Assembly (NCBI RefSeq): GCF_004010195.1 | Contig: NC_057718.1 | Span: 95,366,852 to 95,430,851 of the forward strand | Source of the DNA: Chiloscyllium plagiosum | Lineage: Eukaryota | DNA: 64,000 nt | Direction: 5' to 3' | Shown here: positions 62,920 through 64,000 of the stretch, in pieces | How positions within the stretch are numbered: position 1 is the first letter of the stretch | Layout: each line of letters opens with the position of its first letter | Notes under the pieces: generated by a model | The model's database searches: none | Told to the model about the DNA's origin: nothing | The model's input: the letters and a program-made list of their open reading frames with translations, nothing else | Translations under genes and position numbers: made by a program

Positions 62920-63068
62920 CATAGAATCGCTACAGTGTAGAAGCAGGCCATTCTGCCCATCAAGTCCAACCAACCGTTCGAAGAGCATCCCACCCAGACC
63001 CACTCTTACACTCTGCCTGTAAATTTTAATTTTGCATCCCTAATTCACGTAGCCTGCATATCTATGGA
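62920..63068 (-). mobile_element. Partial SINE/CR1-tail fragment
   Basis: catagaatcgctacagtgtagaagcaggccattctgcccatc...cccacccagaccc, reverse complement of the HE1-type 3' half. Confidence 0.6.
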
Positions 63069-64000
63069 GACCTCATGGCACTTTTGATGAACAGTCACCT
63101 GACTCAATGTTAACTCTGCTTTCTCCCCATAGCTGCTGCCAGATCTCCTGGGTTTTGCCAACAATTTATTTTATTTTTCATGTCTTCACTTTATCTGTGA
63201 TGTTTTATTGTTAGTACTTTTTATTTCAAGTTTTGACACTATGTCTCTCACTATGTCTGTGCAACATTGCATCTCCACAATTGCATTTTCTGATATGTTT
63301 ACATTATCTGTAAGTTATCATTTTTGGTAATAGCTTCCAAAGCTATGGGTCCAGCTTCTTTTATATTTTTTATCTACATTTTCTGATCTCTCTACTGTCT
63401 TGCCAGGCTAATTATCAGATGTAATTCTTATGTCCTTCAGCTTAAAAACTGGAAAGACCAAAGACCTTGTCCTATGTCCCCAGTAAAAACTTCCTAATAC
63501 CTTATCTGAAGTTGAACTGATCCAAATGTATTCAACCTTACCACATGGGAATAATTGGAGATATAACACTTGTTAAGCAAGAGCAAAACTTTACAGTGGG
63601 GAAAAAATGGCAAAGCTGTGATAGGATAGAGGGCAGGGATGATTAAATAACAGGATTTTATAGTAATGCAAGAGGAGTGCTAGTAAAACAAAAAATCGAA
63701 AATTGAATTGGAACAACTGAACATAGTGTAAAATGGCAGATGTCAACATGTCACTTTAAAATTATTTTTAGTGCAGTTCTAAAGTTGCAATGAGGAACAG
63801 TGTATTTTTCAGACTGCAAGGTAATATATAGTACTTGGTGCTGTTCTTTGCATTTTGTCTGGTGTCTCTCTGGGCAAAAGTATGACTAAGGAACTCCAGC
63901 CACTGGACAAAGGAAATTGAGGAGGATACTTGCAATGATTTCTTTCCTCTGGCAGACTACCTTCAATCTAAAACAAAGTCTTCCAAATAATTGAACTCCA

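Noticed and set aside
62869-62925. Possible exon after the poly-T acceptor tttttcag
   Set aside because: No recognisable MCM8 sequence; it runs into a stop and a SINE fragment.
63956-64000. Possible MCM8 next exon after ctctggcag
   Set aside because: Stop codons occur in all three frames before the window end and there is no MCM8 motif.

Overview
Vertebrate nuclear genomic DNA, almost certainly from a shark (inferred from HE1-type V-SINEs, abundant HER1/CR1-type LINEs and elasmobranch-style Penelope repeats). It holds three protein-coding genes in the same order and orientation as the human CHGB-TRMT6-MCM8 cluster: complete CHGB (+, 5 coding exons, 10372-29305, 642 aa by my exon count), complete TRMT6 (-, 11 coding exons, 61477-35455, 486 aa) and the first coding exon of a probable MCM8 (+, 62467-62590). 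TRMT6 and MCM8 share a CpG-island bidirectional promoter. Introns and intergenic DNA are full of decayed CR1-type LINEs, tRNA-derived SINEs, Tc1/mariner-type MITEs and Penelope-like element (PLE) fragments. The most notable signal is at least four sequence-distinct families of short, often palindromic PLE-derived elements. All carry a minimal hammerhead-ribozyme core (CUGANGA-stem II-GAAA-palindromic 4-mer-UH) with different stems. Several copies have long target-site duplications, and two keep an intact catalytic core (5045-5079, 33236-33275). Repeat boundaries were read by eye and are approximate; exon boundaries were counted base by base.
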